Shown in pieces: positions 8,413 to 17,905 of a stretch of 64,000 nt of DNA. Made by a program: the position numbers and the translations under genes. Under the pieces are notes generated by a model. The model worked only from the letters and a program-made list of their open reading frames with translations. It was not told where the DNA came from and ran no database searches. This DNA is from a virus (taxonomy: Duplodnaviria > Heunggongvirae > Uroviricota > Caudoviricetes): the IMG/VR virus record IMGVR_UViG_3300037467_000966, one strand, 5' to 3'. Every line of letters starts with the position of its first letter. Position 1 is the stretch's first letter.

Positions 8413-9750
8413 TTGAATATTGTAGCCTTAGACACTAACGTACTTTTAGACAGAACTTTAGAACAAGTACTGGAAACTTTTGAAGAACCAACTCAGGTCA
8501 TCATTCCGCTTGTTGTATTGGAAGAAGCAGATACATTCAAGAAAGGATTCGAAGCCAAGAATGAGTACGCACGGGCGCTTAACCGTTACCTTGATTCATT
8601 AAGAAAGATTGGTAAGCTGCACGAAGGCGTTGAAGTCGGAGACCACATTGTGCTAGTCGATATTAAGATAGAAGAACTAGACCTGGACAAGCCCGATTAT
8701 AAAATCATTTTAACGGCTAAGAAGCAGGGAGCCTTACTGATTACTCAGGACATCAATGTTCGAGTGGTTGCTGATGCTCTTGGAGTAGAATCATCTTCCT
8801 TTGCGCCAAACGATGTCAATGTCAATGAGCTTTATAAAGGCTACATAAATGTTGACATTGATGAAGACCAAGTACAACGGTTCTACAAAGATGGTTTCCT
8901 TGCCATTGATACAGTAGAAAAAGACGGAACCATTCAAGCATTACTCAATAACCAATTCGTTGTCATGACTGATGACTTTGGTGGAGAACACGAAGGCATT
9001 TACAAAGAAAGAGATAAGGGTGTTCATGCTCTTGACCGCTTCTATGAGGCATGGGGATTCAAGCCTAAGAAGGACAAGAAAGGAAAACCAGTACGTGAGC
9101 AGAAGTTCTTACTTCACTTACTGCTTGACCCAGACATTCACTTTGTATCAGCTATCGGGCCATCAGGTTGCGGTAAAACATTCTTAGCGCTGGCGGCAGC
9201 ATTAGAACAAACCTTACGTGATGACACATACAACAAAGTAACAGTTATGCGCCCACTGATTGCAGTAGGGAATAACGATATTGGATTCCTACCTGGAGAC
9301 AAACTTGAAAAGCTAGAGCCATGGATGGCATCCACGTTCGATGCACTAGATGTTCTCTTAGAAAAATATGAAAGCAAAGATGGAGACGACTGGATGGGCG
9401 GCAGCAAAGCAAAAGTGTACAGCCTTATCCAAAACGGAAAGCTTGAGCTTGAAGCAATGGCTCATATCCGTGGTCGTTCCTTACCATATCAGTTCTTAAT
9501 CATTGATGATGCACAGAACTTAACACAACATGAAGCAGTAACCATTATTACTCGTGCTGGAGAAGGCACAAAAGTAATATTCCTCGGAGACCTAAGCGAG
9601 AAGCAGATTGACAACCACAGATTAACACCATCAAGCAATGGTCTTGCTTACGTTATTGACCGATTCAAAGGGGAAGACATCGTGGGTCACATCACTCTGA
9701 ATACAGTCGTTCGTTCAGGACTTGCACAACTAGGAGTGGAAAAATTGTGA
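8413..9750 (+). CDS. phoH: PIN-PhoH fusion (PhoH2-type RNase/ATPase)
   Basis: PIN LDTNVL, EEAD, PDYKI, TQD; PhoH GPSGCGKT, RGRS, IIDDAQN, TRAGEGTKVIFLGD. Confidence 0.92.
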   Translation: MNIVALDTNVLLDRTLEQVLETFEEPTQVIIPLVVLEEADTFKKGFEAKNEYARALNRYLDSLRKIGKLHEGVEVGDHIVLVDIKIEELDLDKPDYKIILTAKKQGALLITQDINVRVVADALGVESSSFAPNDVNVNELYKGYINVDIDEDQVQRFYKDGFLAIDTVEKDGTIQALLNNQFVVMTDDFGGEHEGIYKERDKGVHALDRFYEAWGFKPKKDKKGKPVREQKFLLHLLLDPDIHFVSAIGPSGCGKTFLALAAALEQTLRDDTYNKVTVMRPLIAVGNNDIGFLPGDKLEKLEPWMASTFDALDVLLEKYESKDGDDWMGGSKAKVYSLIQNGKLELEAMAHIRGRSLPYQFLIIDDAQNLTQHEAVTIITRAGEGTKVIFLGDLSEKQIDNHRLTPSSNGLAYVIDRFKGEDIVGHITLNTVVRSGLAQLGVEKL

Positions 9751-9956
9751 CAACCAGAAAAGCAAGAAAACGAACCAAATGGATATATGGCGATGAATCG
9801 AATAAGTGGGTGGAGTGCTTAGACTGCACCTACGAATACTTCATTGAGAGCCACGAACTCACTCCCTGCTGCCCGTGCTGTGGCAGTAAGGAGTATGAAG
9901 ATTCAACACCAGAAAAGGATTACCTAGACTTAGATGAATTGGATGGGTTGCTATGA
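9747..9956 (+). CDS. Small Zn-ribbon protein
   Basis: CLDC...CPCC; overlapped start. Confidence 0.65.
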   Translation: MTTRKARKRTKWIYGDESNKWVECLDCTYEYFIESHELTPCCPCCGSKEYEDSTPEKDYLDLDELDGLL

Positions 9957-10144
9957 GCGATAAGGTGAGAATCAGCATAGAAGAAGAAGAGTGGGAAGCT
10001 TGCGAACCAGCCAAGCGTAAACGAATCATTGAACTTATGAAGGAATATGGTTATCCTACAGATGCTTTAGAGGCACTAGAGAGAGAAATTGGAGAACAAA
10101 CAATAGAAGATATCTACAAACAATTTTACGGAGATGAAGAATAA
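9953..10144 (+). CDS. Hypothetical protein
   Basis: ATGA overlap with upstream gene. Confidence 0.65.
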   Translation: MSDKVRISIEEEEWEACEPAKRKRIIELMKEYGYPTDALEALEREIGEQTIEDIYKQFYGDEE

Positions 10145-10542
10145 TGGGTGGAATCAAACACAACTTGTACCAATATGGAATACCAGGCAACGCAGGCACA
10201 CAAAAGTCGGAAGCTGTTTTCTTAAACGGTGCAACAGACTTTGAAAGACAGATTGCAGCAACAGCAATCAATCAACAACCTTACTGTAAGTACTGCGGCG
10301 GATTCATCTATGGCACCGAACAGGATGAAGAAGGACGCAACGGACATCCTGAATGGGAACTAATTAATAAAGCTCACTTCAAGTGCGCATCAGCTGCAAC
10401 AGCTAAGGAACAAGAGAAAGCTAAACTAGCAGCTGCTGAATATGAACTTAAGCGTAAAGAAGAAGAAGCTAAACGTGAAGAAGCAGCAAAGAACTTCGAC
10501 TGGGAAGCTTACATGAAAAATGCAATGCAAAAGGATGAGTAA
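10144..10542 (+). CDS. Hypothetical protein (CxxC...HxxC, coiled-coil tail)
   Basis: TAATG coupling; CKYC and HFKC. Confidence 0.65.
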   Translation: MGGIKHNLYQYGIPGNAGTQKSEAVFLNGATDFERQIAATAINQQPYCKYCGGFIYGTEQDEEGRNGHPEWELINKAHFKCASAATAKEQEKAKLAAAEYELKRKEEEAKREEAAKNFDWEAYMKNAMQKDE

Positions 10543-10544
10543 TA

Positions 10545-11330
10545 ATGGAACTTACACTAGACCAAATTCATACTTATTTACAATGCCCTGCATCATATCA
10601 TTTTAAATATGAAATGAATCTGGACGGTGAAGATTCCGACACTGTTAAATATAGCAAAGCTCTTCATAAGACAGTGTCTTCTTTTTACTTTACATTGATG
10701 GGTGGCTTCCTTCCTTCTGCTAAACAGATGAAAGATAAATGGGCCACAATATGGAATGACTTTAAGGACGGGCCAGTAGACTTAACCGAAACCTTATTAA
10801 AGGAACGACTATATAAGCCTAACAGGAAAGACAAGATAGACAAGCAGATAGTTCAGGGTATGGAAACTATCCACAACTTCTATCACTTCACTAAAGACAA
10901 TCCTGGCACTCCTATTGCAGTTGACCACGAGTTCCGTGTTCCGATTGCAGGAGTAACCATCAAAGGAAAATTTGAATTAATTCGAGAAAGTATTGACAAA
11001 ACTACGTCAAACCGTTTTATTGAAATAGTAGACTTCAAGACTGGCAATGAGGCAACAGACATGTTCCTTGTTAATCATGATTTGAACCTTACGATTATGT
11101 CTTATGCATTCCGTAATCTGTTCCAATCAGAAGAAGACAGACTTACATTAAGCTATCTGAAAACAGGAAAAGAAATTTATACTTTACGTTCAGATAAAGA
11201 GTTTGATAGAATGAAAGCTGTGATTGAGGGAGTGGCTGAGGGGATAGCCAACAAACGCTTTTATCCTAGACAGACATTCATGTGTAAGTCATGTCCATTC
11301 AAGAACGTCTGTGACATGGCTAGGTTTTGA
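10545..11330 (+). CDS. PD-(D/E)XK nuclease, Cas4/AddB-like with 4-Cys Fe-S staple
   Basis: YLQCP..Y, IVDFKTG, C-terminal CKSCPFKNVC. Confidence 0.85.
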   Translation: MELTLDQIHTYLQCPASYHFKYEMNLDGEDSDTVKYSKALHKTVSSFYFTLMGGFLPSAKQMKDKWATIWNDFKDGPVDLTETLLKERLYKPNRKDKIDKQIVQGMETIHNFYHFTKDNPGTPIAVDHEFRVPIAGVTIKGKFELIRESIDKTTSNRFIEIVDFKTGNEATDMFLVNHDLNLTIMSYAFRNLFQSEEDRLTLSYLKTGKEIYTLRSDKEFDRMKAVIEGVAEGIANKRFYPRQTFMCKSCPFKNVCDMARF

Positions 11331-11356
11331 AATTAATTATCAGGGGGAACTTAAAC

Positions 11357-11611
11357 ATGACTAAAAAAGTAGTAGCACAAGAAGAAGTAGTAGAAGCTGA
11401 ATTCACTGAGGTAGAAGCTCAAGAAGCTCCAGTGCAAGAAGAGAAAGCAATCCTTTGTGGCTTTTCAGTAATCATGACTGAAGATGGAGACATCTCTTTC
11501 CATCCACATGGTTCTAATCCTAATCTTGTAACTCTTGATGGACTCTTAAAATACGCTGAGCGCTACCTAGAAAAGGAATGGGCACCACGCCTAGCACCAG
11601 CTGCAGAATAA
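11357..11611 (+). CDS. Hypothetical protein
   Basis: Start moved to ATG 11357 after GGGGG RBS. Confidence 0.65.
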   Translation: MTKKVVAQEEVVEAEFTEVEAQEAPVQEEKAILCGFSVIMTEDGDISFHPHGSNPNLVTLDGLLKYAERYLEKEWAPRLAPAAE

Positions 11612-11661
11612 TAGATGGGGAGCCGCTGTGCTCCCTTTAATAATATAAAAGGGGAATATAT

Positions 11662-11943
11662 ATGTTAGATGCTTTAATCACATGGTTACCGAACATTGCA
11701 ACAGTACTATTAATCATTTGTTATGTACCACAGATTGCACACTTACTTAAGACAAAGAAGACGGAAGGATTGTCCGTATCATTCTGGATAATCTTAATCC
11801 TAGCATTACTTACATTTACAGCTTTTAATGTTTGCTTATTCATTAAGTTCGGTACATTCTTCGGTATCATCACTGAGGGCGCGAACTCATTACTTGCTAT
11901 CATCGTGTTCAGCCTATTACTTAAATACCGAAAGAAGGATTAA
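11662..11943 (+). CDS. PQ-loop/SemiSWEET-family small membrane transporter
   Basis: YVPQIAHLLKTKKTEGLS PQ motif, three TM helices, 93 aa. Confidence 0.8.
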   Translation: MLDALITWLPNIATVLLIICYVPQIAHLLKTKKTEGLSVSFWIILILALLTFTAFNVCLFIKFGTFFGIITEGANSLLAIIVFSLLLKYRKKD

Positions 11944-11945
11944 TC

Positions 11946-12182
11946 ATGGCAAAGAAATATCGTGGAAACATAAGAGTGACAGCAGAACTGCTGCATAGCA
12001 TGTTGCACTTACCAAATGAAGTGGAAATCATCAATGTTGTTTTCGACAACAAGAGAGAGCTTATCAATATCATCATCAGAAGCAATGAAGAAGTAGAACA
12101 CCTTACTCTCCATACTGGTGAATCAATGGAGTTCCCTTCTGCTAATGTTGAATTTTATTTTGGAGATGAGAAGAATGCTTAA
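11946..12182 (+). CDS. Hypothetical protein
   Basis: AAGGA RBS, co-directional. Confidence 0.6.
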   Translation: MAKKYRGNIRVTAELLHSMLHLPNEVEIINVVFDNKRELINIIIRSNEEVEHLTLHTGESMEFPSANVEFYFGDEKNA

Positions 12183-12333
12183 ATTCGTTACCAAAGAAGG
12201 CAAGCTATTATGCGAACTTCATGACAATGGAGAGATGCTTGTAACAGAAGCTAAGTTTGGGGAAGAACTAAAAGCGGCTGGAGCAACCATCAAAGAGAAG
12301 AAGGAAGACGAAGAGAAAGAAGATGAAGAGTAA
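12175..12333 (+). CDS. Hypothetical protein
   Basis: ATG 12175 after GGAG RBS. Confidence 0.55.
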   Translation: MLKFVTKEGKLLCELHDNGEMLVTEAKFGEELKAAGATIKEKKEDEEKEDEE

Positions 12334-12453
12334 TGTGCAAAGCATGCATGTTAGATTTCATGGATAAAGAAATTGTTTCTTTCCTACGTGGGGAAGTTAA
12401 CTGGGACTTATATGAATCCCAATATAAAAAATGCGGTGACGAGGGGCGTCTGC

Positions 12454-12870
12454 ATGAAGAAGAGACAGTTCAAGAAGGACAGGAAAAAAGGTAAGCATTC
12501 GTTTTTTGTGGGGAGACCTGGTTCTCTCCTTCTTGGTTTTTGGAAGGACGAACTAGCAAGACAGAAAGCGAAGATGGAATCTGGTGTTATTCGTAACAGC
12601 AGGATGAAGGCTAAGCTGCAGGATAAGATTGACCGATTAGAATATCTTATCTGGGACCATGAATCCTTCCATCCAAAGCGTCGTGAAATCATGAGGCTAT
12701 CGAAAGAACTCGTGGATAAAGTTAAGAGGGAACTTACCATCGAGGAAATCTATTCGATATGTGACCAGGTTAAATACCATACCAAGCCTAAAGAAGTTAA
12801 ATACAAGGTAATAGAGAGGGAGAATCAACGTGTCAGAAGAAAAAACACTCGTAGGGGAAAAAGAATTTGA
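12454..12870 (+). CDS. Hypothetical basic protein
   Basis: ATG 12454 after GAGGGG RBS. Confidence 0.55.
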   Translation: MKKRQFKKDRKKGKHSFFVGRPGSLLLGFWKDELARQKAKMESGVIRNSRMKAKLQDKIDRLEYLIWDHESFHPKRREIMRLSKELVDKVKRELTIEEIYSICDQVKYHTKPKEVKYKVIERENQRVRRKNTRRGKRI

Positions 12871-13420
12871 GGGAATGAGTGGTATCTTTATCGCTGAATA
12901 CGATATGGCTAACATGAAGATGGAGCGCATCGTCGTTTCTAATCCAGCCATCCTTGCCATCTTAAAGGTAGTTAAGCTTCCAGAAGCGGCACAAGAGAAA
13001 GCTGTGTATGACTTAGTTGACCGTACACCTGAATGGAATAAGCTAGATACAGAAGTGCAGGTAGCAAAGATTAAAGCTATCCTGACTCAGGAATCTGTTA
13101 TTGAATTCTTAAAGGCGAAAGAAGTTATCCGTCCTAAGTGTGATGTTGTACAGACTGGTATCGACATTGAAGGTTCTATTGTTATTGAAGCTTACTATGT
13201 GTCATTGAACCGTGAGCAACGCCGCCTGATTGACAAGACTCATTCTGAAGCAGAGAAGCAACGACTTGCTGAAGCTGTCAACATCATGGGCAGCAATGAC
13301 AACCTAATTGATATGGCTAAGGCTCGTATGGAGAAGCTAGCCAAAGAGGGTAAGGTTGTTAAGCCACGCGAACAACGCCGCAAGGTAGACAAAGAATGGC
13401 GCAAGAACCCGTGGAAATAA
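12830..13420 (+). CDS. Hypothetical protein
   Basis: GTG start after GGGAG; long ORF. Confidence 0.7.
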   Translation: MSEEKTLVGEKEFEGMSGIFIAEYDMANMKMERIVVSNPAILAILKVVKLPEAAQEKAVYDLVDRTPEWNKLDTEVQVAKIKAILTQESVIEFLKAKEVIRPKCDVVQTGIDIEGSIVIEAYYVSLNREQRRLIDKTHSEAEKQRLAEAVNIMGSNDNLIDMAKARMEKLAKEGKVVKPREQRRKVDKEWRKNPWK

Positions 13421-13434
13421 ACGTCATAAAATGA

Positions 13435-13463
13435 TTGTAAGTTATGACATCCAATAGTATAAT
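13435..13463 (+). promoter_or_regulatory. Sigma-A promoter with TTATGACAT in spacer
   Basis: TTGTAA-17-TATAAT; inverted copy GTCATAA at 13423-13429. Confidence 0.7.
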
Positions 13464-13488
13464 ATAAGTAACTAAACAAGCTCATCTT

Positions 13489-13980
13489 ATGGTGGGCTTT
13501 TACTTTTGGGAGTGGTTAAATGTGTACAACACCTACGTTGAAGAAGGTGCATCCATCGACAGCACCATGGCCGACATCTGGGTCACTACAAGAAACGGTC
13601 AGGAGATTAAAGTCCTCTCAGTCGAGTACCAGCTCGTCGTCGAAAGGGAGCCTATTTACTCGTTCGGAGACCGACTACCTGCTTACTTTGCTCCACGCCG
13701 TCGTAGATTTCTGTCTACACTTTATCTCGAACCGTCTGCTTTCCGTGGCATTATGGCTACTCAAGACTTTTTTAATATTCATATCAAGCCTCATGAATCG
13801 AAATACGAAGTCGTCGTTCCAAATGTGTCCGTAACACAATCAAGACAATCCACAACATGGAATGGATATATCTGTGATTGTATATCCGAGGGTCACATGG
13901 AGGAGAAGTTTCACATTCCAAAGAATCCTACAAACAAATCAGTGAAAGACTTATTGCTGGCTAGTCCAGATGAATTATAG
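13489..13980 (+). CDS. Hypothetical protein with tail-tube-like motif
   Basis: ADI...VLSVEYQLVVEREPIYSFGD..P..F..R.R resembles tube proteins of large myoviruses; start uncertain. Confidence 0.45.
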   Translation: MVGFYFWEWLNVYNTYVEEGASIDSTMADIWVTTRNGQEIKVLSVEYQLVVEREPIYSFGDRLPAYFAPRRRRFLSTLYLEPSAFRGIMATQDFFNIHIKPHESKYEVVVPNVSVTQSRQSTTWNGYICDCISEGHMEEKFHIPKNPTNKSVKDLLLASPDEL

Positions 13981-13991
13981 GGGGAATCATC

Positions 13992-14618
13992 ATGGCAAAG
14001 AAGAAAGATGAAAACAAAGTAGTAGAGCTTGTACCAAAAGAAGAGACGCGGGAATTAACAAAAGAAGAACTTGAATACATTAAAGAACAAGACGAGAAAG
14101 AGATTGAAGGATACTTGAGCAAGTTCCAAACCTTCAACAGTGTGGCTGACTCTTCTAACGTAGAAGAAGAGGACGAAGATGAAGAAGAAGAATTCACTAT
14201 TGATTTTGATAAGGGCGAAGCTTACTCCAAACAGGAGACATTCATTGCTGGTGAAGACATCCTTAAACAGATTGAAGAAGCCATTGGTGCATCTAAACCT
14301 AAGCTTCAAGTACGGTACGGTGACCTTATCACTGAGCGCTTTGTATCAAAGGCAATTGCTAGCTTAGTAGGAAAGCTTAACAAGGCGATTGAAGCAGTAG
14401 AGGACGCGGCGGAAGAACAGCTAAAGCACTTTGGCTATGCCGACACCTTTGCAGAGGATGCATCCAAGCCATTGTACAAGAAGAAGGAAGAGTTGCGAAG
14501 AGCCTTCTACCTGGGCCGCATTGACTATGATAAGATTCCTCAGTGGGCAGAAACCTATATTCAGGAATACATTGAGAATGCTATCAACAGCATGCTAGAC
14601 TTTACGGAGAGGGACTGA
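13992..14618 (+). CDS. Hypothetical acidic protein
   Basis: GGGGG RBS; followed by hairpin terminator at 14608-14630. Confidence 0.7.
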   Translation: MAKKKDENKVVELVPKEETRELTKEELEYIKEQDEKEIEGYLSKFQTFNSVADSSNVEEEDEDEEEEFTIDFDKGEAYSKQETFIAGEDILKQIEEAIGASKPKLQVRYGDLITERFVSKAIASLVGKLNKAIEAVEDAAEEQLKHFGYADTFAEDASKPLYKKKEELRRAFYLGRIDYDKIPQWAETYIQEYIENAINSMLDFTERD

Positions 14619-14687
14619 CCCTCTCTTTATTTTTATCTTTACAAAACCCACCAATAGTGGTTACAAATAACGTATGGAGGGATTGTA

Positions 14688-15116
14688 ATGATAACACAAA
14701 TGCTAAAAGTATATGATACCGTAGTAACGGTACACTCCTATGAATTCGATGCTGACATCACGATTGAAGGACTATCAGATGAACGTGAGTTAATTCATTT
14801 TGGCGGCGAATACAAGGCACCAGCGAATCGTCATGTTGGTTCTTATGTAGCCAAGGGTTTTACTCCAGATTTTCATTATGTTGTACTGGCAAAAGGGATT
14901 GACCAGAAACAACTGTCCAACATTCTTCATTCATTAGATGTCGTAGATGGAGTAGCCTATGAAGTGGACACTGACTTAGTAACAGTGATTAATAATAATC
15001 CAAAATCAATTGCAGACTTTGTAGAAGGTGAACTTGCATCAGCTGAAATTACTGAGGCTAAGATTTCGCAAGCTACAATTAGCGATAAGAAGTTTAAAAA
15101 GAAAAGACGTAAGTAA
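14688..15116 (+). CDS. Hypothetical protein
   Basis: GGAGG RBS. Confidence 0.7.
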   Translation: MITQMLKVYDTVVTVHSYEFDADITIEGLSDERELIHFGGEYKAPANRHVGSYVAKGFTPDFHYVVLAKGIDQKQLSNILHSLDVVDGVAYEVDTDLVTVINNNPKSIADFVEGELASAEITEAKISQATISDKKFKKKRRK

Positions 15117-15131
15117 TCGGGGGAAACGGCA

Positions 15132-15632
15132 ATGAACATTTTAGGTATTGACCCATCCACTGCTTCAAGTGGATTTGCAGTAATGAATGAACACAGAGAA
15201 CTTCTTGCTTATGGAGTAATCAAACCAAACAAGAAGAAGATGACTATTGGACAGCAGGCAGCAATGCAATACAATACACTGGCTAAAGTCATTGAAGAGT
15301 GTGCAGTAGAATATATCCTATGTGAAGACCAACATGGTGGACTCAATAAGGATACATTAAAGAAGCTTGCTCGTACATCTGGACTCATGGTACTGCTTGC
15401 AGGGCAATATGATTTGCCGTTCGAACTGATGCATCCCAGCTCTTGGAGAAAGATTACCCATGGGAAAGGTAATGCTAAGAAAGAAGATACTCTTAACTGG
15501 GTAAATGAAGTGTACGGTCTGGAATTGACAGACAAAGAAAACGATATTGCCGATGCTATAGGCATTGCTTATGCTGGCGTATCATACTTTACGGGGGAAG
15601 ACAATGGAGATACTGGAGAAAAAATTAGTTGA
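15132..15632 (+). CDS. ruvC: RuvC-like Holliday junction resolvase
   Basis: ILGIDPS...GFAV, CEDQ, PSSWRK...G.AKKED, DIADAIGIA. Confidence 0.88.
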   Translation: MNILGIDPSTASSGFAVMNEHRELLAYGVIKPNKKKMTIGQQAAMQYNTLAKVIEECAVEYILCEDQHGGLNKDTLKKLARTSGLMVLLAGQYDLPFELMHPSSWRKITHGKGNAKKEDTLNWVNEVYGLELTDKENDIADAIGIAYAGVSYFTGEDNGDTGEKIS

Positions 15633-15858
15633 GAAAGACACTGTAACAGATGTCCTTTGCAATAAGTGCGGCAAGTCTTGCAGGTATGAACTAGGCGAAG
15701 ACATGGTCAACTTTAATTCAGCTGTCATCACTGCCGACTTCGGATATGGTTCAACCAAGTACGATATGGAAGACTTTGAAGTTCACTTGTGCGAAGATTG
15801 CTATTCCGAATTGGAATCAACATTTAAAATTAAACCAACCAAAACACTAAAATGGTAG
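15604..15858 (+). CDS. Zn-finger hypothetical protein
   Basis: CNKC...CEDC; ATG 15604 after GGGG RBS. Confidence 0.65.
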   Translation: MEILEKKLVEKDTVTDVLCNKCGKSCRYELGEDMVNFNSAVITADFGYGSTKYDMEDFEVHLCEDCYSELESTFKIKPTKTLKW

Positions 15859-15886
15859 CTAAAGAATACGTCTGGAGGAGCTAATA

Positions 15887-16354
15887 ATGAGAATTTATAA
15901 AGGTGAGGCGGGCGTTGATTTAACGCTTGAAAGCTTTCTTGACTTGTTGGAAGAGGACGCATTAGAGGATATCATCGACATGGTGCTTGACCTGGAAGCA
16001 ACAGGCTCTATCAAAGGTACGTCATTCATCGGGGATTTTGATGGCGACTTTGATGATGACGTTGTATTCCTTGGGGTCATTAACCTTGAAGACTTTGATG
16101 GCGATATCGACAGTCTGTTTGAAGATGAAGGTGTCGGGTTTGCAAATCTATTTGACTTCTTATCAGAAGAGCAAGGTTACTTTGACAACCTAAGCGAAGA
16201 AGATTTGGATTTAATCTTCGGGCCGACATCAACATTAGGAGCTTCATTCCCTACGGAAGAAGAACTAATGGAGAACTTCTTATGCAGCAACGAAGACTTG
16301 AAAGTAAAAAGGATTGTACAGCGCTTCCGTCATATTCTTGACGCTCAAAAATAA
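15887..16354 (+). CDS. Highly acidic hypothetical protein
   Basis: GGAGGAG RBS; about a quarter of residues are D/E. Confidence 0.7.
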   Translation: MRIYKGEAGVDLTLESFLDLLEEDALEDIIDMVLDLEATGSIKGTSFIGDFDGDFDDDVVFLGVINLEDFDGDIDSLFEDEGVGFANLFDFLSEEQGYFDNLSEEDLDLIFGPTSTLGASFPTEEELMENFLCSNEDLKVKRIVQRFRHILDAQK

Positions 16355-16363
16355 GGAGCGATT

Positions 16364-17209
16364 ATGATGAGAAAAGAGAACTACAACCCAGACAACAATA
16401 TTGATGAGTTGGTATTTGCTTATCAAAACGGTAGCGAAGAAGCTGCAATGGAACTCCTTGAAATCTACGGTGGGCATCCTAAGAAGAGAGACCTAAGCCT
16501 TTACTTAGGCAAGTACTTCAAGATGCTCCGCTATGGCAAGCTTGACCTGAATGACAGGGACAGCCGCCTATTCATCTCTTTATTCCTTGAAGACCCTTGC
16601 ATGCGGAAGGAAATGAGAAAGGCTTATCAGTACAAGCCAACGCAACAAGCAGCGCGGAGAAAGCTTCAGAACCTGGAGCATTCATTACGTGTTATGACGG
16701 ATGATGACTTACGCCAAGAGCTTGTAGCCATGTTCCTGAAGGTAGCCAAGAAGTACAAGAAGGTAAAGAAGAACGTGGATTTCAACGGATACCTTTACAA
16801 CTACTACCGATTTGAAGTAGCCAACTTTATCAAGAAGTTACTACAACCAGATGAAATGTATGTAAAACATCCTGACCGCCTGATTCGTATAGCAGATGAC
16901 CTGCTTGGCGATGATGATAGCGTGATTGAATTACAAGACAGTATCCTAATGAATCTTCCTATCATGCAGATGGAAGAAGAATTGGATATCAACTGGGTTC
17001 GTGGGTTCACATGCGGAGAAGAGTTTAAAGAATTATCTCAGCTGCAACGTTTGATTATCAAGCTGAACTACGAAGACGGCTGGAGCGATGGAAAGATTGC
17101 CGACATGATGGGCATTCATATTAACACCATCTTCCGCCAACGCAAGAAAGCTGATGCCATCGTAAAAGAAACAGTAGAAAAACTAATACAAGAGGGCTTT
17201 TATTCATGA
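16364..17209 (+). CDS. Phage RNA polymerase sigma-70-family factor
   Basis: AYQNG..EA..EL region 1.2/2 pattern, DDLRQE, FNGYLY; region 4 LS.LQRLII.L.Y.DG....IA..MGI....I. Confidence 0.8.
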   Translation: MMRKENYNPDNNIDELVFAYQNGSEEAAMELLEIYGGHPKKRDLSLYLGKYFKMLRYGKLDLNDRDSRLFISLFLEDPCMRKEMRKAYQYKPTQQAARRKLQNLEHSLRVMTDDDLRQELVAMFLKVAKKYKKVKKNVDFNGYLYNYYRFEVANFIKKLLQPDEMYVKHPDRLIRIADDLLGDDDSVIELQDSILMNLPIMQMEEELDINWVRGFTCGEEFKELSQLQRLIIKLNYEDGWSDGKIADMMGIHINTIFRQRKKADAIVKETVEKLIQEGFYS

Positions 17210-17757
17210 CAGAACTTAACGTAACGAACTGTACAGAGTGCGGAAAAGAAATTAAATATACAACGAAGAAGCCGAAGGTTTGTTCAACCTGCCGTTTGAC
17301 CGTCAAGAAGAAGCCAGCGGCTAAGAAGACAGCCACAAAGAAACCTTCTAGTGGTAAGAAGTTCCCTGATAACAAGAACACTCAGGGTGAGCTTATTTTA
17401 TTCCGTGCTCTGGATTCGTTACTGGGAGGACATGACTATATTAATCATGGTTATTACTCCTTCCTATTAAGCCCGAAGGGATATCCGCTCCAGATGGACC
17501 GATACTATCCTGACTTGAAACTCGGCTTTGAATACGATGGCAAGCAGCACGAGGAGTACAATAAGTACATCCATAAGTCGAAGAAGAACTTCGAATACTA
17601 CAAAGAGTGCGACAGACTGAAGGAAGAAGCCTGCAAGAAGAAAGGCATTACGTTAATCCGTGTGGCTTATAACCATAAGATAACAACAGATGCCTTGAAG
17701 CTTGATATTTTAAAGGCAAATAAAAAACTACACAACCAAATTTTCGGGGGGAAATAA
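17206..17757 (+). CDS. Zn-ribbon plus DUF559/Vsr-like endonuclease
   Basis: CTEC/CSTC; MDRYYP...GFEYDGKQH...DRLKEE.C...GITLIRV. Confidence 0.75.
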   Translation: MTELNVTNCTECGKEIKYTTKKPKVCSTCRLTVKKKPAAKKTATKKPSSGKKFPDNKNTQGELILFRALDSLLGGHDYINHGYYSFLLSPKGYPLQMDRYYPDLKLGFEYDGKQHEEYNKYIHKSKKNFEYYKECDRLKEEACKKKGITLIRVAYNHKITTDALKLDILKANKKLHNQIFGGK

Positions 17758-17761
17758 CACT

Positions 17762-17905
17762 GTGGTTAGCCTGACAGATGAACTGTTGGACCAATTAGGG
17801 GAAGAGTACGATATGAAAAAGACAGAAGAAATCTTAACAGGGGTATATGAGAACGACACGTTCTACTTATTCGTTGTAAGGAAAATGAAGGAGTTAGCGT
17901 CATGA
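17762..17905 (+). CDS. 47-aa hypothetical protein (not in ORF track)
   Basis: GTG after GGGGGG RBS, ATGA overlap with next gene. Confidence 0.55.
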   Translation: MVSLTDELLDQLGEEYDMKKTEEILTGVYENDTFYLFVVRKMKELAS

